A DNA stretch of 64,000 nt from Clostridia bacterium (GTDB taxonomy: Bacteria; Bacillota; Clostridia; Christensenellales; CAG-138), in the NCBI GenBank assembly GCA_016292635.1, contig JAEDIC010000002.1:29609-93608 (forward strand). Reading direction: 5' to 3'. How positions within the stretch are numbered: the stretch's first letter is position 1; each line of letters starts with the position of its first letter. Shown here in pieces: positions 9,091 through 18,664 of this stretch. The notes beneath the pieces were generated by a model. It had not been told where the DNA came from and did no database searches. It saw only the letters and a program-made list of their open reading frames with translations. The position numbers and the translations under genes are program-made.

Positions 9091-9636
9091 ATGAATCAAG
9101 TGAAAAAGTTCTATGAGCGGTTTTGCCAGATAGAAAATATTCTGGCTGTTACCTGCCTGGTTGCAATGATGTTGATAGTATTTGCCTCGGCGGTATTGCG
9201 CGCCTGCGGTCATCCATTGAACTGGGCAACTGATATTGCGTTGTTCCTAACTGCATGGGGCACTTTTCTGGGTGCTGACGTCGCATTCCGAGGCGGTAAG
9301 CTGGTTCGCGTAGATATGCTTACCAATGCTTTCCCTGAAAAATTTCAGAAGTGGCTCGCTGCCGCAATGTATGTGCTCATTTTGGGTTTCCTGTGCATGC
9401 TTATTTTCTACGGTATTGATCTTTCTATAACTACAAAGATGCGTACTTTTCAGGGTATTCCTGGATTCAGTTACACCTGGGTCACCATTGCTGTGCCAAT
9501 CAGCGCACTGTTTATGAGCATAACCGCAGTGCGGCATATCGTGGCAAATGTACGCAGAGCTCTGGGCAAAAATGCTGACGAATCAATTCAGGAGGAAAGT
9601 ATACTCTCCCTTGCTCAGAAAGAGGACAGCGAATAA
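9091..9636 (+). CDS. TRAP transporter small permease (DctQ family)
   Basis: Four predicted TM helices. The ATG at 9091 is preceded by AAAGGGGA. The ORF-track start at 9028 is probably too far upstream. Confidence 0.85.
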   Translation: MNQVKKFYERFCQIENILAVTCLVAMMLIVFASAVLRACGHPLNWATDIALFLTAWGTFLGADVAFRGGKLVRVDMLTNAFPEKFQKWLAAAMYVLILGFLCMLIFYGIDLSITTKMRTFQGIPGFSYTWVTIAVPISALFMSITAVRHIVANVRRALGKNADESIQEESILSLAQKEDSE

Positions 9637-9686
9637 AACGGATTTATATACATTATCTGAAAAAATTGATTATGAGGAAATAACAA

Positions 9687-10967
9687 ATGGGTACAGTAAT
9701 AATTGTGTTTCTCGCATTGCTGTTCTTGGGAATGCCGGTGGCCTTCTCTATTGCCATAGCGGGCGTTACTTTCTTCTTTCAGCATCCCGAGCTACCGATG
9801 ACTATGATCGTACAGCAACCTATATCCCAGACGCAGAATAGCGCAATGCTGGCTATTCCCCTGTTCATTTTGGCAGGTAATATAATGAATGCAGGCGGTA
9901 TTACCGCTAGGCTGGTAAAGTTCGCTGCTGTACTTACTAAAAATATGCGCGGCGGATTGGCCCAGTCCAGCGTTGTACTGAGCGCACTGATGGGCGGCGT
10001 ATCCGGCTCCGCCACTGCGGACGCCGCAATGGAAGCCCGTCTTCTCGGCCCCAGCATGGAGAAGGGAGGCTATGCAAGAGGATATTCCTCCAACGTTATA
10101 GCATGGACTTCTCTTATCACCGCCACCATTCCCCCGGGAATAGGCATCATAATTTACGGTACCGTAGGTGAAGTATCCATAGGCCGTCTGTTCATGTGCG
10201 GTCTGTTCATGGGACTGCTGATGATGGTCATATTGATGGTAACAGTGGCCATAACTTCCAAAAAGTACGGTTTTCAGAGCGAAAAGGGCGGACGTGCCAC
10301 AGGAAAGGAACTGTGGGAGAGCTTTAAAGAATGTATATGGGCGCTGTTTTTCCCCATCCTGCTGCTGGTAGGTATACGTCTTGGCCTGTTTACTCCTTCT
10401 GAGGTAGGCTCTTTTGCCTGCGTATACGGCTTGCTGGTCGGTGCGTTTATTTACAAGGAGCTTAACTGGGAGACTCTCAAGCATGCTCTGAACGTAAGCA
10501 TGATAGACATTGGCGCCATCATGCTGATAATCGCCATGAGCGGTTCTTTTGGATATGGTATCCCCTTTGAGCAGGTTCCCCAGAAGCTGACTTCGTTCAT
10601 GCTTAACATATCTTCCAACAAGTATATCGTAATGATTCTCATCGTGTTTGTGCTTACCATACTGGGCATGTTCATGGAAGGTTCTGTTACTATACTGCTC
10701 CTCACTCCCATATTCCTGCCCTTGGTAAGGTCTCTGGGCGTAGACCCCGTCCACTTCGGCCTTATTATGTGCACTACGGTCACCATGGGCCTGAACACGC
10801 CGCCTGTTGGTATATCCATGTACGCCACAAATCAGATACTGGATACGGATATGAAGTCCTATATAAAGTATATGTGGCCCTTCCTTTTTGCGGTTTTGTT
10901 GGAAATAGCGGCAATGATATTTGCCCCCAACCTTATGCTGTTCCTGCCTAACTTACTGTATAGCTAA
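9687..10967 (+). CDS. TRAP transporter large permease (DctM family)
   Basis: 426-aa polytopic membrane protein with a typical DctM N-terminus MGTVIIVFLALLFLGMPVAFSIA. Confidence 0.9.
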   Translation: MGTVIIVFLALLFLGMPVAFSIAIAGVTFFFQHPELPMTMIVQQPISQTQNSAMLAIPLFILAGNIMNAGGITARLVKFAAVLTKNMRGGLAQSSVVLSALMGGVSGSATADAAMEARLLGPSMEKGGYARGYSSNVIAWTSLITATIPPGIGIIIYGTVGEVSIGRLFMCGLFMGLLMMVILMVTVAITSKKYGFQSEKGGRATGKELWESFKECIWALFFPILLLVGIRLGLFTPSEVGSFACVYGLLVGAFIYKELNWETLKHALNVSMIDIGAIMLIIAMSGSFGYGIPFEQVPQKLTSFMLNISSNKYIVMILIVFVLTILGMFMEGSVTILLLTPIFLPLVRSLGVDPVHFGLIMCTTVTMGLNTPPVGISMYATNQILDTDMKSYIKYMWPFLFAVLLEIAAMIFAPNLMLFLPNLLYS

Positions 10968-10985
10968 AGAAAGGACTTACCGCTA

Positions 10986-11744
10986 ATGAAACGTTTTGAT
11001 AATAAGGTCGTGCTGGTCACCGGCGCAGGTGCCGGCATAGGCCGCGCCGCCGCAGAAAAATTTGCTGCCGAGGGCGCAAAGGTGGTATGCAATTCCGTTG
11101 ATGAATCCGCAAGGCCCACCGCTGAACAGCTTGCCGCTGCAGAGGCGGAAGCGATATTCATACAGGGCAACATCGCAAACGAGGATGATGTGCGCCGTAT
11201 GGTGGATATGGCTGTGGATACCTATGGCCGCATAGATGTATTGATAAACAATGCGGGCATAGTTCGCGGCGGCACCGTTGAAAATACCACCGTAAGCGAT
11301 TTCAGGCTCACCATGGATATAAATGTTATTGGCACATTCCTAATGAGCCAGTATACCGTTCCCTATATGCTTAAGCAGGGCGGCGGCGTAATAGTAAACA
11401 CCGCTTCCGTGGCAGGCCTTAAGGGACATACCAATCGAATATCCTATGCTGCCAGCAAGGGCGCGGTTATTGCCCTCACCAAGTCTATGGCTACGGAGCT
11501 GTGTGGGAAGAATATCCGCGTGAACTGCGTGTGTCCCGGCACTACGCTCACACCTTCACTGAAGGATCGCATCAATGCATCGCCGGATCCTGAGGCTACC
11601 ATGGCTGAGTTCTGCGCTCGCCAGCCCATAGGCAGGTTGGGAGACCCCAGTGAGATTGCGGAGGCCATTTTGTTTGCCGCCTGTGATCAGGCAGCGTATA
11701 TGACAGGCGCTTCTATAATCATCGATGGCGGAATGACCATGTAA
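10986..11744 (+). CDS. SDR family NAD(P)-dependent oxidoreductase
   Basis: VTGAGAGIGRA, NNAG and YAASKGA motifs. 252 aa, classical SDR. Confidence 0.85.
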   Translation: MKRFDNKVVLVTGAGAGIGRAAAEKFAAEGAKVVCNSVDESARPTAEQLAAAEAEAIFIQGNIANEDDVRRMVDMAVDTYGRIDVLINNAGIVRGGTVENTTVSDFRLTMDINVIGTFLMSQYTVPYMLKQGGGVIVNTASVAGLKGHTNRISYAASKGAVIALTKSMATELCGKNIRVNCVCPGTTLTPSLKDRINASPDPEATMAEFCARQPIGRLGDPSEIAEAILFAACDQAAYMTGASIIIDGGMTM

Positions 11745-11893
11745 ATATTGTCATCGACGGTGTGGCGGCAGATTTCGTTGGTGAAGAGCTTGGTTTATTT
11801 GAAATTTGACCTTAGTATGATATACTGATTTATTAGAAAAAAATAACTGTACCAAGGTGTAAAACTGATAAATTAAGGAGTGCAGGCCGACAT

Positions 11894-12967
11894 ATGCCAA
11901 TGATAAAAAACGGTGCGACAATCAGAGATGTTGCGAAACTTGCGGGAACTTCTCCCGCCACGGTTTCCAGAGTACTGCGGGATGAGGGCTATCCTGTTAC
12001 GGACAGCCTGCGTCAACGGGTGAAGGAAGCTGTGGAAAGGCTTGAGTATCACGCCAGGCCGGTCAGTGCGGCTAATTTGGCTAATGTAAATGCCGGTCCT
12101 TTTTCCGACACGGTGGGCGTTATCTTGCCCAATACGTCAAACCCTTTTTATCAGCAGGCTATGCTTGGTATAGAGCGTACAGCACAGGCCAAGGGATATT
12201 TTGTGTTTGTATGCAATACTATGCGCGACATAAATCGGGAAGCCGAGTATCTTGAAGCCATGTATCGTCAGGGGATACATAACGTTGTAATATCTCCGGT
12301 ATCATCAAATGACCCTACGAATATCCTTTCGTACAGGCAAAAGGGAATGAACTTTGTGCTCCTCGAACAGAAGGTCGAGGGGCTGGAGGCTTCCCGTATA
12401 CACTTTGATATGCTGAAGGGCGCGATAATGGCAACAAATTATCTGCTGGATAATGGACACAGAAGAATTGCTCTTGCCACCACACCTTTGACGCGATGGA
12501 CGCGTATTCAGGTATTTAATGGATATCGTACCGCCCTTGAACGGGCAGGCATAGAGCTGGATGAAAAACTGATATTTATATCCAACGACGAGGAAGAAGA
12601 AAACGTCGAAGAAGGCTATGATTTCCGTGCGGGTGGCGAGCTGGGTGATATGCTGGCTAATCATATAGGCGAGTTCACTGGCGTTGTATGCGTTAATGAT
12701 ATAACTGCGGCCGGCGTCATGAGCGCCCTTAAAAAGGCTCAGGTATCCGTGCCGCAGGATGTATCGCTGGTAAGCTTTGACGATATTTCCCTCGCATCTA
12801 TGCTTCTGCCAGCCCTTACTACGGTGCGGTTCCCTACATATGACGCAGGTATGCTTGCGGTCAACCTGATGGTGGATCTTATGGAAGGCATAACACGCTT
12901 TCCTATGGCCGTTAAGCTGGAGCCCACGCTCATAATACGCGACACAGTAGAATCAATTAAGTCATAA
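11894..12967 (+). CDS. LacI family transcriptional regulator
   Basis: N-terminal HTH ATIRDVAKLAGTSPATVSRVLRD plus a periplasmic-binding-protein-like sugar-binding core. Confidence 0.9.
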   Translation: MPMIKNGATIRDVAKLAGTSPATVSRVLRDEGYPVTDSLRQRVKEAVERLEYHARPVSAANLANVNAGPFSDTVGVILPNTSNPFYQQAMLGIERTAQAKGYFVFVCNTMRDINREAEYLEAMYRQGIHNVVISPVSSNDPTNILSYRQKGMNFVLLEQKVEGLEASRIHFDMLKGAIMATNYLLDNGHRRIALATTPLTRWTRIQVFNGYRTALERAGIELDEKLIFISNDEEEENVEEGYDFRAGGELGDMLANHIGEFTGVVCVNDITAAGVMSALKKAQVSVPQDVSLVSFDDISLASMLLPALTTVRFPTYDAGMLAVNLMVDLMEGITRFPMAVKLEPTLIIRDTVESIKS

Positions 12968-13069
12968 TATTTCCCAACTAAAAGGTTTATGAAAAAATGC
13001 TGTCCGATCTCTGGAAAAGAGGATAGCGTAATTTCGTGTTGCAAATTTGAGTAATTTCTGAGGTTTATT

Positions 13070-14125
13070 ATGAAAAAAATTAATCTTTCCGAATTAGAAA
13101 CATTCTGTGAAAAGTCACTGGTTGCAGCAGGCATGAGCCAGAGCGACGCGAAGATTACCGCCGAGGTATTGGTGGGTACAGACGCGTTTGGAACTCATTC
13201 ACATGGCACCAAGAATCTGTTTGGATATATTAAAAAGGCCGTGGCTGGCGGCGTAAGCCTGACTGCTCAGCCTGAAATAGTAAGAGAAGGCCCCGCCTAT
13301 GCGCTGATCGATGCGCACAACTGTATTGGCATGGTATCTTCCTATAAGGCAATGGAGCTTGCTATAGAAAAGGCACGTGAATGCGGCATTGCGCTGGTTA
13401 CGGTAAAGAACGGCACCCACTTCGGAGCAGCCGGGTTCTATTCCAATATGGCCGTCGGCAAGGGTATGCTCGGCATTGCCATGAGCAACGTTGACCCCAA
13501 CATGACTATTCCCGGGGCGCGCGGCATGATACTTGGCAACAATCCCATTTCTTACGCTTCTCCCCTTGAGAGCGCTCCCAGCTGCTTCCTCGATATAGCA
13601 ATGAGCAACGTGGCGTCCCTAAAGGTCGTCCAGGCACGCAAGGATGGCAAGTCCATACCCGATACCTGGATAGTCGATAAAAACGGACTGCCCACAACCG
13701 ATCCCAGCCATTATCCCGAGGAGGGCGCTATGCAACCCATGGCAGCCCATAAGGGCTACGGCATAGCGGTGCTGGTAGAGCTGCTGACCGGCGTATTGTC
13801 CGGCGGAAACATCAGCAGCCTAGGCGAGATACCTTCCTGGTGCTTCGTTCCCGAAAAGCCAAATGGCGTAAGCAATACTTTTATTGCCATCGATGTGGAC
13901 AAATTTGCTGGCAGGGATAACTATATCGCCCGCTCCGAGGCATTCATGGGCGCATTGCACAATACCGATAAGGCCCAGAATGCGGAGCGCATCTTTGTTC
14001 CTGGCGAGATTGAATGGGAAAAGTATAATAAAGCTAAGGAAGCCTTGGAGCTGCCCGATGCCGTTGCGGATTCCCTCTGTGAGCTTTCCACATATAACGG
14101 CATAAGCATTCCCTGGATAGACTAA
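13070..14125 (+). CDS. Ldh_2 family (malate/L-lactate/2,3-diketo-L-gulonate-type) oxidoreductase
   Basis: 351 aa with GTHSHGT, NGTHFGAAG and AAHKGYG blocks characteristic of the type-2 malate/L-lactate dehydrogenase family. Confidence 0.8.
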   Translation: MKKINLSELETFCEKSLVAAGMSQSDAKITAEVLVGTDAFGTHSHGTKNLFGYIKKAVAGGVSLTAQPEIVREGPAYALIDAHNCIGMVSSYKAMELAIEKARECGIALVTVKNGTHFGAAGFYSNMAVGKGMLGIAMSNVDPNMTIPGARGMILGNNPISYASPLESAPSCFLDIAMSNVASLKVVQARKDGKSIPDTWIVDKNGLPTTDPSHYPEEGAMQPMAAHKGYGIAVLVELLTGVLSGGNISSLGEIPSWCFVPEKPNGVSNTFIAIDVDKFAGRDNYIARSEAFMGALHNTDKAQNAERIFVPGEIEWEKYNKAKEALELPDAVADSLCELSTYNGISIPWID

Positions 14126-14142
14126 CGGGAGGTAAACGGATC

Positions 14143-15099
14143 ATGGATGTATTGAAAAGACTAAGCAATGCTGGCGTAGTTCCTGTAGTGGTGATAGATG
14201 ATGCTGCAAATGCCGTGCCTACCGCAAAGGCGCTGGCTGCCGGCGGCATAGACGTTATGGAGATCACACTTAGGACCGCTGCCGGGTTGGATTCAATAAG
14301 GGCGGTTGCTGATGAATGCCCTGAGGTTCTGGTGGGCGCGGGCACGGTCCTCTCTGTGGAGCAAGCAAAGGAAGCCGTTAAAGCAGGGGCGAAGTTCATA
14401 GTCTCCCCCGGCTTTGACGAGAACGTTGTAAAGTATTGCCTCGAAGCCGGGGTGGGCATAACCCCCGGATGCGTTACCCCCACCGAAATCACTAAGGCTC
14501 TTTCATATGGCCTTAAGGTGCTGAAGTTTTTTCCTGCCAATGTTTATGGCGGACTTTCTGCCATGAAGGCGCTGGCAGCTCCCTTCGGATCGGTAAAATT
14601 TATACCTACCGGCGGGGTTTCCGGTGCCAATCTTCACGAATATATCGCAGCCCCGTTTATCCATGCGGTGGGCGGAAGCTGGCTGTGCCAGAAAGCGGAC
14701 ATCGCGGCTGGCAATTATGATAAGATAACCGCTCTGTGCAGGGAAGCCCGTCAGACAGTGCTGGGATATGAGTTTGCCCATCTGGGCATCAATATGCCGG
14801 ATAAGGATACCTCATTTGAGGTGTGCAGGCAGATGAACGATGCATTCGGCCTCGTTACCAAGGAAGGAAGCAGTTCCAATTTTGCCGGCGGATCTATCGA
14901 GGTGATGAATTCCCAGTATCTTGGCAGATATGGCCATATTGCAATGCGTACAAATTCTATAATCCGTGCCATAGCAGACCTTGGGGCTAAGGGTTATGAA
15001 GTGGAGATGTCCACTGCAAAATATAAGGGCGACAGCATGATAGCGGTATACCTAAAGAACGAGATAGGCGGCTTTGCCGTACATCTTCTGCAAAAGTAA
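14143..15099 (+). CDS. eda: KDPG/KHG aldolase (Eda) fused to a ~110-aa C-terminal VOC/glyoxalase-like domain
   Basis: Residues 1-~208 are a complete Eda (VVPVVVIDD, GAGTVLS, Schiff-base context LKVLKFFPA). They are followed by YEFAHLGINMP...GRYGHIAMRTN...GGFAVHLLQ, a betaalphabetabetabeta-type pattern. Confidence 0.8.
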   Translation: MDVLKRLSNAGVVPVVVIDDAANAVPTAKALAAGGIDVMEITLRTAAGLDSIRAVADECPEVLVGAGTVLSVEQAKEAVKAGAKFIVSPGFDENVVKYCLEAGVGITPGCVTPTEITKALSYGLKVLKFFPANVYGGLSAMKALAAPFGSVKFIPTGGVSGANLHEYIAAPFIHAVGGSWLCQKADIAAGNYDKITALCREARQTVLGYEFAHLGINMPDKDTSFEVCRQMNDAFGLVTKEGSSSNFAGGSIEVMNSQYLGRYGHIAMRTNSIIRAIADLGAKGYEVEMSTAKYKGDSMIAVYLKNEIGGFAVHLLQK

Positions 15100-15111
15100 G
15101 GGAGGCTTATT

Positions 15112-16137
15112 ATGAAGTACTTGACCTTTGGCGAAATAATGCTGCGGCTTAAGGCTCCGGGATACGAGAGGTTTTTCCAGAGCCCCATGCTGGAGGCCAC
15201 CTTTGGCGGCGGCGAGGCCAACGTTGCGGTATCTCTTGCCAACTATGGCATGGATGCTGGCTTTATTACCGTTTTGCCTAGAAATCCCTTGGGCGATGCC
15301 TGTATGGGAGAGCTACGCAGGTTTAATGTGGATGTGAGCCGTGTACAGCGGGGCAAGGGTCGCATGGGCATTTATTTCCTTGAGGGCGGCGCAAATCAGC
15401 TCCCCAGCAAGGTGGTATATGACCGTGAGGGTTCCGCGGTAGCAATAGCGAAGAGCGGTGATATAGACTGGGAGGCTGCGTTTGATGGAGTGGAGTGGTT
15501 CCATATAACCGGTATAACTCCGGCCATATCCGAGAGCGCAATGGAACTGTCCCTCGAAAGCGTACGCATAGCAAAGCAAAAGGGCATCACGGTATCCTGC
15601 GACCTTAATTTCCGCAAGAATCTGTGGAAGTATGGCAAAAAGGCTCCCGAGGTAATGTGCGAGCTGACAAAGTACGTTGACGTTGCCATTGCCAATGAGG
15701 AGGACTGTCAGAAATCGCTTGGCATTGAAGTTGACATTAAGGTAGAGGACGGCAAGCTGGACAGGGCAAAGTACAAAGCACTTTCCAACGCTGTTCTTGC
15801 GGCCTATCCCAATATGAAGATGATAGCCATAACCCTGAGGGAAAGCCAGAGCGCCGACAGCAACGGCTGGGCGGCCTGCCTTAACGACCGTACCGATTTC
15901 TATGTCAGCCGCAGATATGCCATAAACGACATAGTTGACAGAGTAGGCGGAGGGGACTCCTTTGCGGGCGGCCTTATATACGGCCTCAATACCTATGACA
16001 GCCATCAGCAGGCGCTGGAATTCGCGGTTGCAGCAAGCTGTCTGAAGCATTCCATAATCGGCGACTTCAACAGGATCGGCGTGGAGGATGTGGAAAAGCT
16101 TATGGGCGGAGATGGTACAGGACGCGTACAGCGGTAA
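15112..16137 (+). CDS. kdgK: 2-dehydro-3-deoxygluconokinase (PfkB family)
   Basis: KdgK-like N-terminus [10 protein letters not shown] and the PfkB signature [16 protein letters not shown]. It lies directly after eda. Confidence 0.85.
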   Translation: MKYLTFGEIMLRLKAPGYERFFQSPMLEATFGGGEANVAVSLANYGMDAGFITVLPRNPLGDACMGELRRFNVDVSRVQRGKGRMGIYFLEGGANQLPSKVVYDREGSAVAIAKSGDIDWEAAFDGVEWFHITGITPAISESAMELSLESVRIAKQKGITVSCDLNFRKNLWKYGKKAPEVMCELTKYVDVAIANEEDCQKSLGIEVDIKVEDGKLDRAKYKALSNAVLAAYPNMKMIAITLRESQSADSNGWAACLNDRTDFYVSRRYAINDIVDRVGGGDSFAGGLIYGLNTYDSHQQALEFAVAASCLKHSIIGDFNRIGVEDVEKLMGGDGTGRVQR

Positions 16138-16152
16138 CTAATTTGACCAATA

Positions 16153-16190
16153 GCGATTCCGGTGCCGCAGCGGTACCGGAATCGCATTTT
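16153..16190 (+). terminator. Rho-independent terminator of the sugar-acid operon
   Basis: GCGATTCCGGT...ACCGGAATCGC stem followed by ATTTTATATTT. Confidence 0.8.
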
Positions 16191-16489
16191 ATATTTGATG
16201 AAGATATTTATTCATCATATCATGCTGGAAAGAAGTGACCTCTACCCTTGAGCAGTTTGACAAAGAATTCCGTGAAACCTTCGCCGAATACTACGAAAAT
16301 CATGGTGGGAAAAAGCAAAGCAACCTTGAAATAACAGGCAGGACAAATAAGGAATTGGATGATTTAATGGGGCAGCTGTTGGCAGGTGCGTGATTCAACC
16401 CTGCTTTTTCTTTTGTCGCCCACCGCGCGACCACTCCCCCTACCCTATTCATTATAATTAAGGTACAATGAATGAGGAGGTAATCAATT

Positions 16490-17284
16490 ATGTTCGGAGC
16501 GATACTTGGAGATATTATCGGCAGTCCCTATGAGTTTGACAGGGGCAATAAGAGCAAGGAGTTTCCCCTGTTCTCCCCCGATTCCTGCTTTACCGACGAC
16601 ACCGTAATGACCATCGCAGTGGCGGAGGCGTTTATGAGTTCCGCTCCTGACAGCACGGATGATGAGATGCGGCATAACCTCATCACATCTATGCGCAAGT
16701 ACGGCAAACTGTACCCAAATGCGGGATATGGCGGTCGATTCATGGTATGGCTGAACAGCGATCCCAAGCCCTACAACAGCTTTGGCAACGGCTCCGCGAT
16801 GCGGGTATCCTCCGTGGCTTGGCTGTATAACGATATAGATACGGTACGCCGCATGGCACGGCTATCCGCCGATGTGACCCACAACCATCCCGAGGGGATA
16901 AAGGGTGCGGAAGCTACGGCTTCGGCAATATTCCTCGCCCGCACAGGGCACGGCAAAGCTGAGATAAAGACCTATATTGAGCAGGAGTTTTGTTATTCGC
17001 TGAACCGTACCTGCGATGAGATACGCCCCGCATACTTCCATGTGGAAAGCTGTCAGGAGACGGTTCCTGAGGCCACCACGGCGTTTCTTGAGGGCAATAA
17101 CTTCGAAGATGTTATACGCACGGCGGTATCTCTGGGCGGCGATTGCGACACCCTTACAGCCATAGCCGGCAGTATCGCCGAAGGCTTCTACGGTGTGAGC
17201 GATGAGCTTAAGGCAGAGTGCAAAAACCGCCTTAGCCCCGACCTTCTAAGCGTACTTGAAAGGTATGAAGAGCGCATAGGCTAA
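16490..17284 (+). CDS. ADP-ribosylglycohydrolase family protein
   Basis: N-terminus MFGAILGDIIGSPYEFD, FTDDTVMT and C-terminal GGDCDTLTAIAGSIAE are family hallmarks. Confidence 0.85.
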   Translation: MFGAILGDIIGSPYEFDRGNKSKEFPLFSPDSCFTDDTVMTIAVAEAFMSSAPDSTDDEMRHNLITSMRKYGKLYPNAGYGGRFMVWLNSDPKPYNSFGNGSAMRVSSVAWLYNDIDTVRRMARLSADVTHNHPEGIKGAEATASAIFLARTGHGKAEIKTYIEQEFCYSLNRTCDEIRPAYFHVESCQETVPEATTAFLEGNNFEDVIRTAVSLGGDCDTLTAIAGSIAEGFYGVSDELKAECKNRLSPDLLSVLERYEERIG

Positions 17285-17393
17285 TCCAGCATAACAGTAT
17301 TTTTGCAATATTGTCGGCATGTATTGCGGTTTACATGGCAAAAGATTGAATGCATAATGATGCTGAAACATGATTCAGAAAGGGGTCCGACAA

Positions 17394-18629
17394 ATGAAAT
17401 CATTCTTCAAGAATAACTGGTTCCTCTGCACCATGATCCTTGGCATCGTGGCAGGCTGCGTTGTTGGCTTTGTGTGGCCCAATGCAACCGTACTTGAGCC
17501 TCTGGGAACCATCTTTACCAATCTGATGTTCTGTGTGGTGGTTCCGATGGTCTTCTGCTCCATCTCTTCAGCCATTGCAAATATGACCTCCATCAAAAAG
17601 GCCGGCAAAATTATGGGGGTCACCGTGACCACCTTCCTCATCACCGCTGCCATCGCCGCAGTCATTATGTACATAATTGTGCGTATTATCCCCGTATACA
17701 ATGTAGCTCCCGCCTATGAGGAGGCCGCTGATATCGCCAAGGTGGACATTGCCTCGCTGATTGTAAACTTCTTCACCAAGCCTGACTTCACCGAACTGTT
17801 CAGCCGCAGGGCTATCCTTCCCCTTATCATTGCAGGAATTTTCTTCGGCTTCGGCGTGCAGATGGCCGGTGGCCCCGAGACTATGACCGCCAAGATTCTG
17901 GCTGATGTGAACAGGGTGTTGATGAATGTGGTAAAGATCATCACATATTACGCCCCCATCGGTTTCTTCGGTTTCTTCGCATCTCTGGTCGCCACTCACG
18001 GCGCAGACTTTGTCTCCAACTACGCCCGCGCCGTCATCATGTACTACGTCATCTCCTTTGCATACTTCTTTCTCTCATCCCCTGTATACGCCCGGTTTGG
18101 CGGCGGCAAGGGAGCAGCAAAGGTCATGTTCAGCCATCTGTTCCGTCCCGCAGCCACCGCTTTCGGTACCTGCTCCTCTGTAGCAACTATTCCCACCAAT
18201 ATGAAAGTCTCTGAGGAGACAGGCATCTCCACTGAGGTCACCGAGATCGTTCTGCCCATGGGCGCTACCATGCACATGGACGGTTCTGCAATGAGCGCAA
18301 TCATCAAGGTCGCCTTCCTGTTCGGTATGTTCGGCATGGACTTCGGCACCGGCCAGGCAATTCTGGCTATCATTGTAGCCGTATTCTCCTCCGTTGCAAT
18401 GAGCGGCATTCCCGGCGGCGGCGGTACCGGTGAGCTGGTACTCTGCGCCATGTTCTTCCCGGAACATATGGCCATAGCTTATCCCATTGCTCTGGCTATC
18501 GGCGAGCTGGTGGATCCCCCCGCCACCATGGTTAATGCCGGCGGCGACTATGTTGTCTCCTTCATCGTCTCCAGGTATGTGAACGGCAAGGATTGGCTGC
18601 AGAAGCAGCTCAAGGCCAAAACAGAATAA
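17394..18629 (+). CDS. dicarboxylate/amino acid:cation symporter (DAACS family)
   Basis: Polytopic protein with SSVATIP and GIPGGGG reentrant-loop-like motifs. The ATG at 17394 follows AGAAAGGGG. Confidence 0.85.
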   Translation: MKSFFKNNWFLCTMILGIVAGCVVGFVWPNATVLEPLGTIFTNLMFCVVVPMVFCSISSAIANMTSIKKAGKIMGVTVTTFLITAAIAAVIMYIIVRIIPVYNVAPAYEEAADIAKVDIASLIVNFFTKPDFTELFSRRAILPLIIAGIFFGFGVQMAGGPETMTAKILADVNRVLMNVVKIITYYAPIGFFGFFASLVATHGADFVSNYARAVIMYYVISFAYFFLSSPVYARFGGGKGAAKVMFSHLFRPAATAFGTCSSVATIPTNMKVSEETGISTEVTEIVLPMGATMHMDGSAMSAIIKVAFLFGMFGMDFGTGQAILAIIVAVFSSVAMSGIPGGGGTGELVLCAMFFPEHMAIAYPIALAIGELVDPPATMVNAGGDYVVSFIVSRYVNGKDWLQKQLKAKTE

Positions 18630-18664
18630 TATACCTATACATAAAAAACCCCGAAAAACCTTTT

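Noticed and set aside
16230-16393. Short frame ending AGA-TGA (…TSTLEQFDKEFRETFAEYYENHGGKKQSNLEITGRTNKELDDLMGQLLAGA) upstream of the ADP-ribosylglycohydrolase gene.
   Set aside because: There is no ATG and only a weak GTG/RBS option. It is under 55 codons with no recognisable domain. It is possibly a gene remnant or small protein and was left uncalled.
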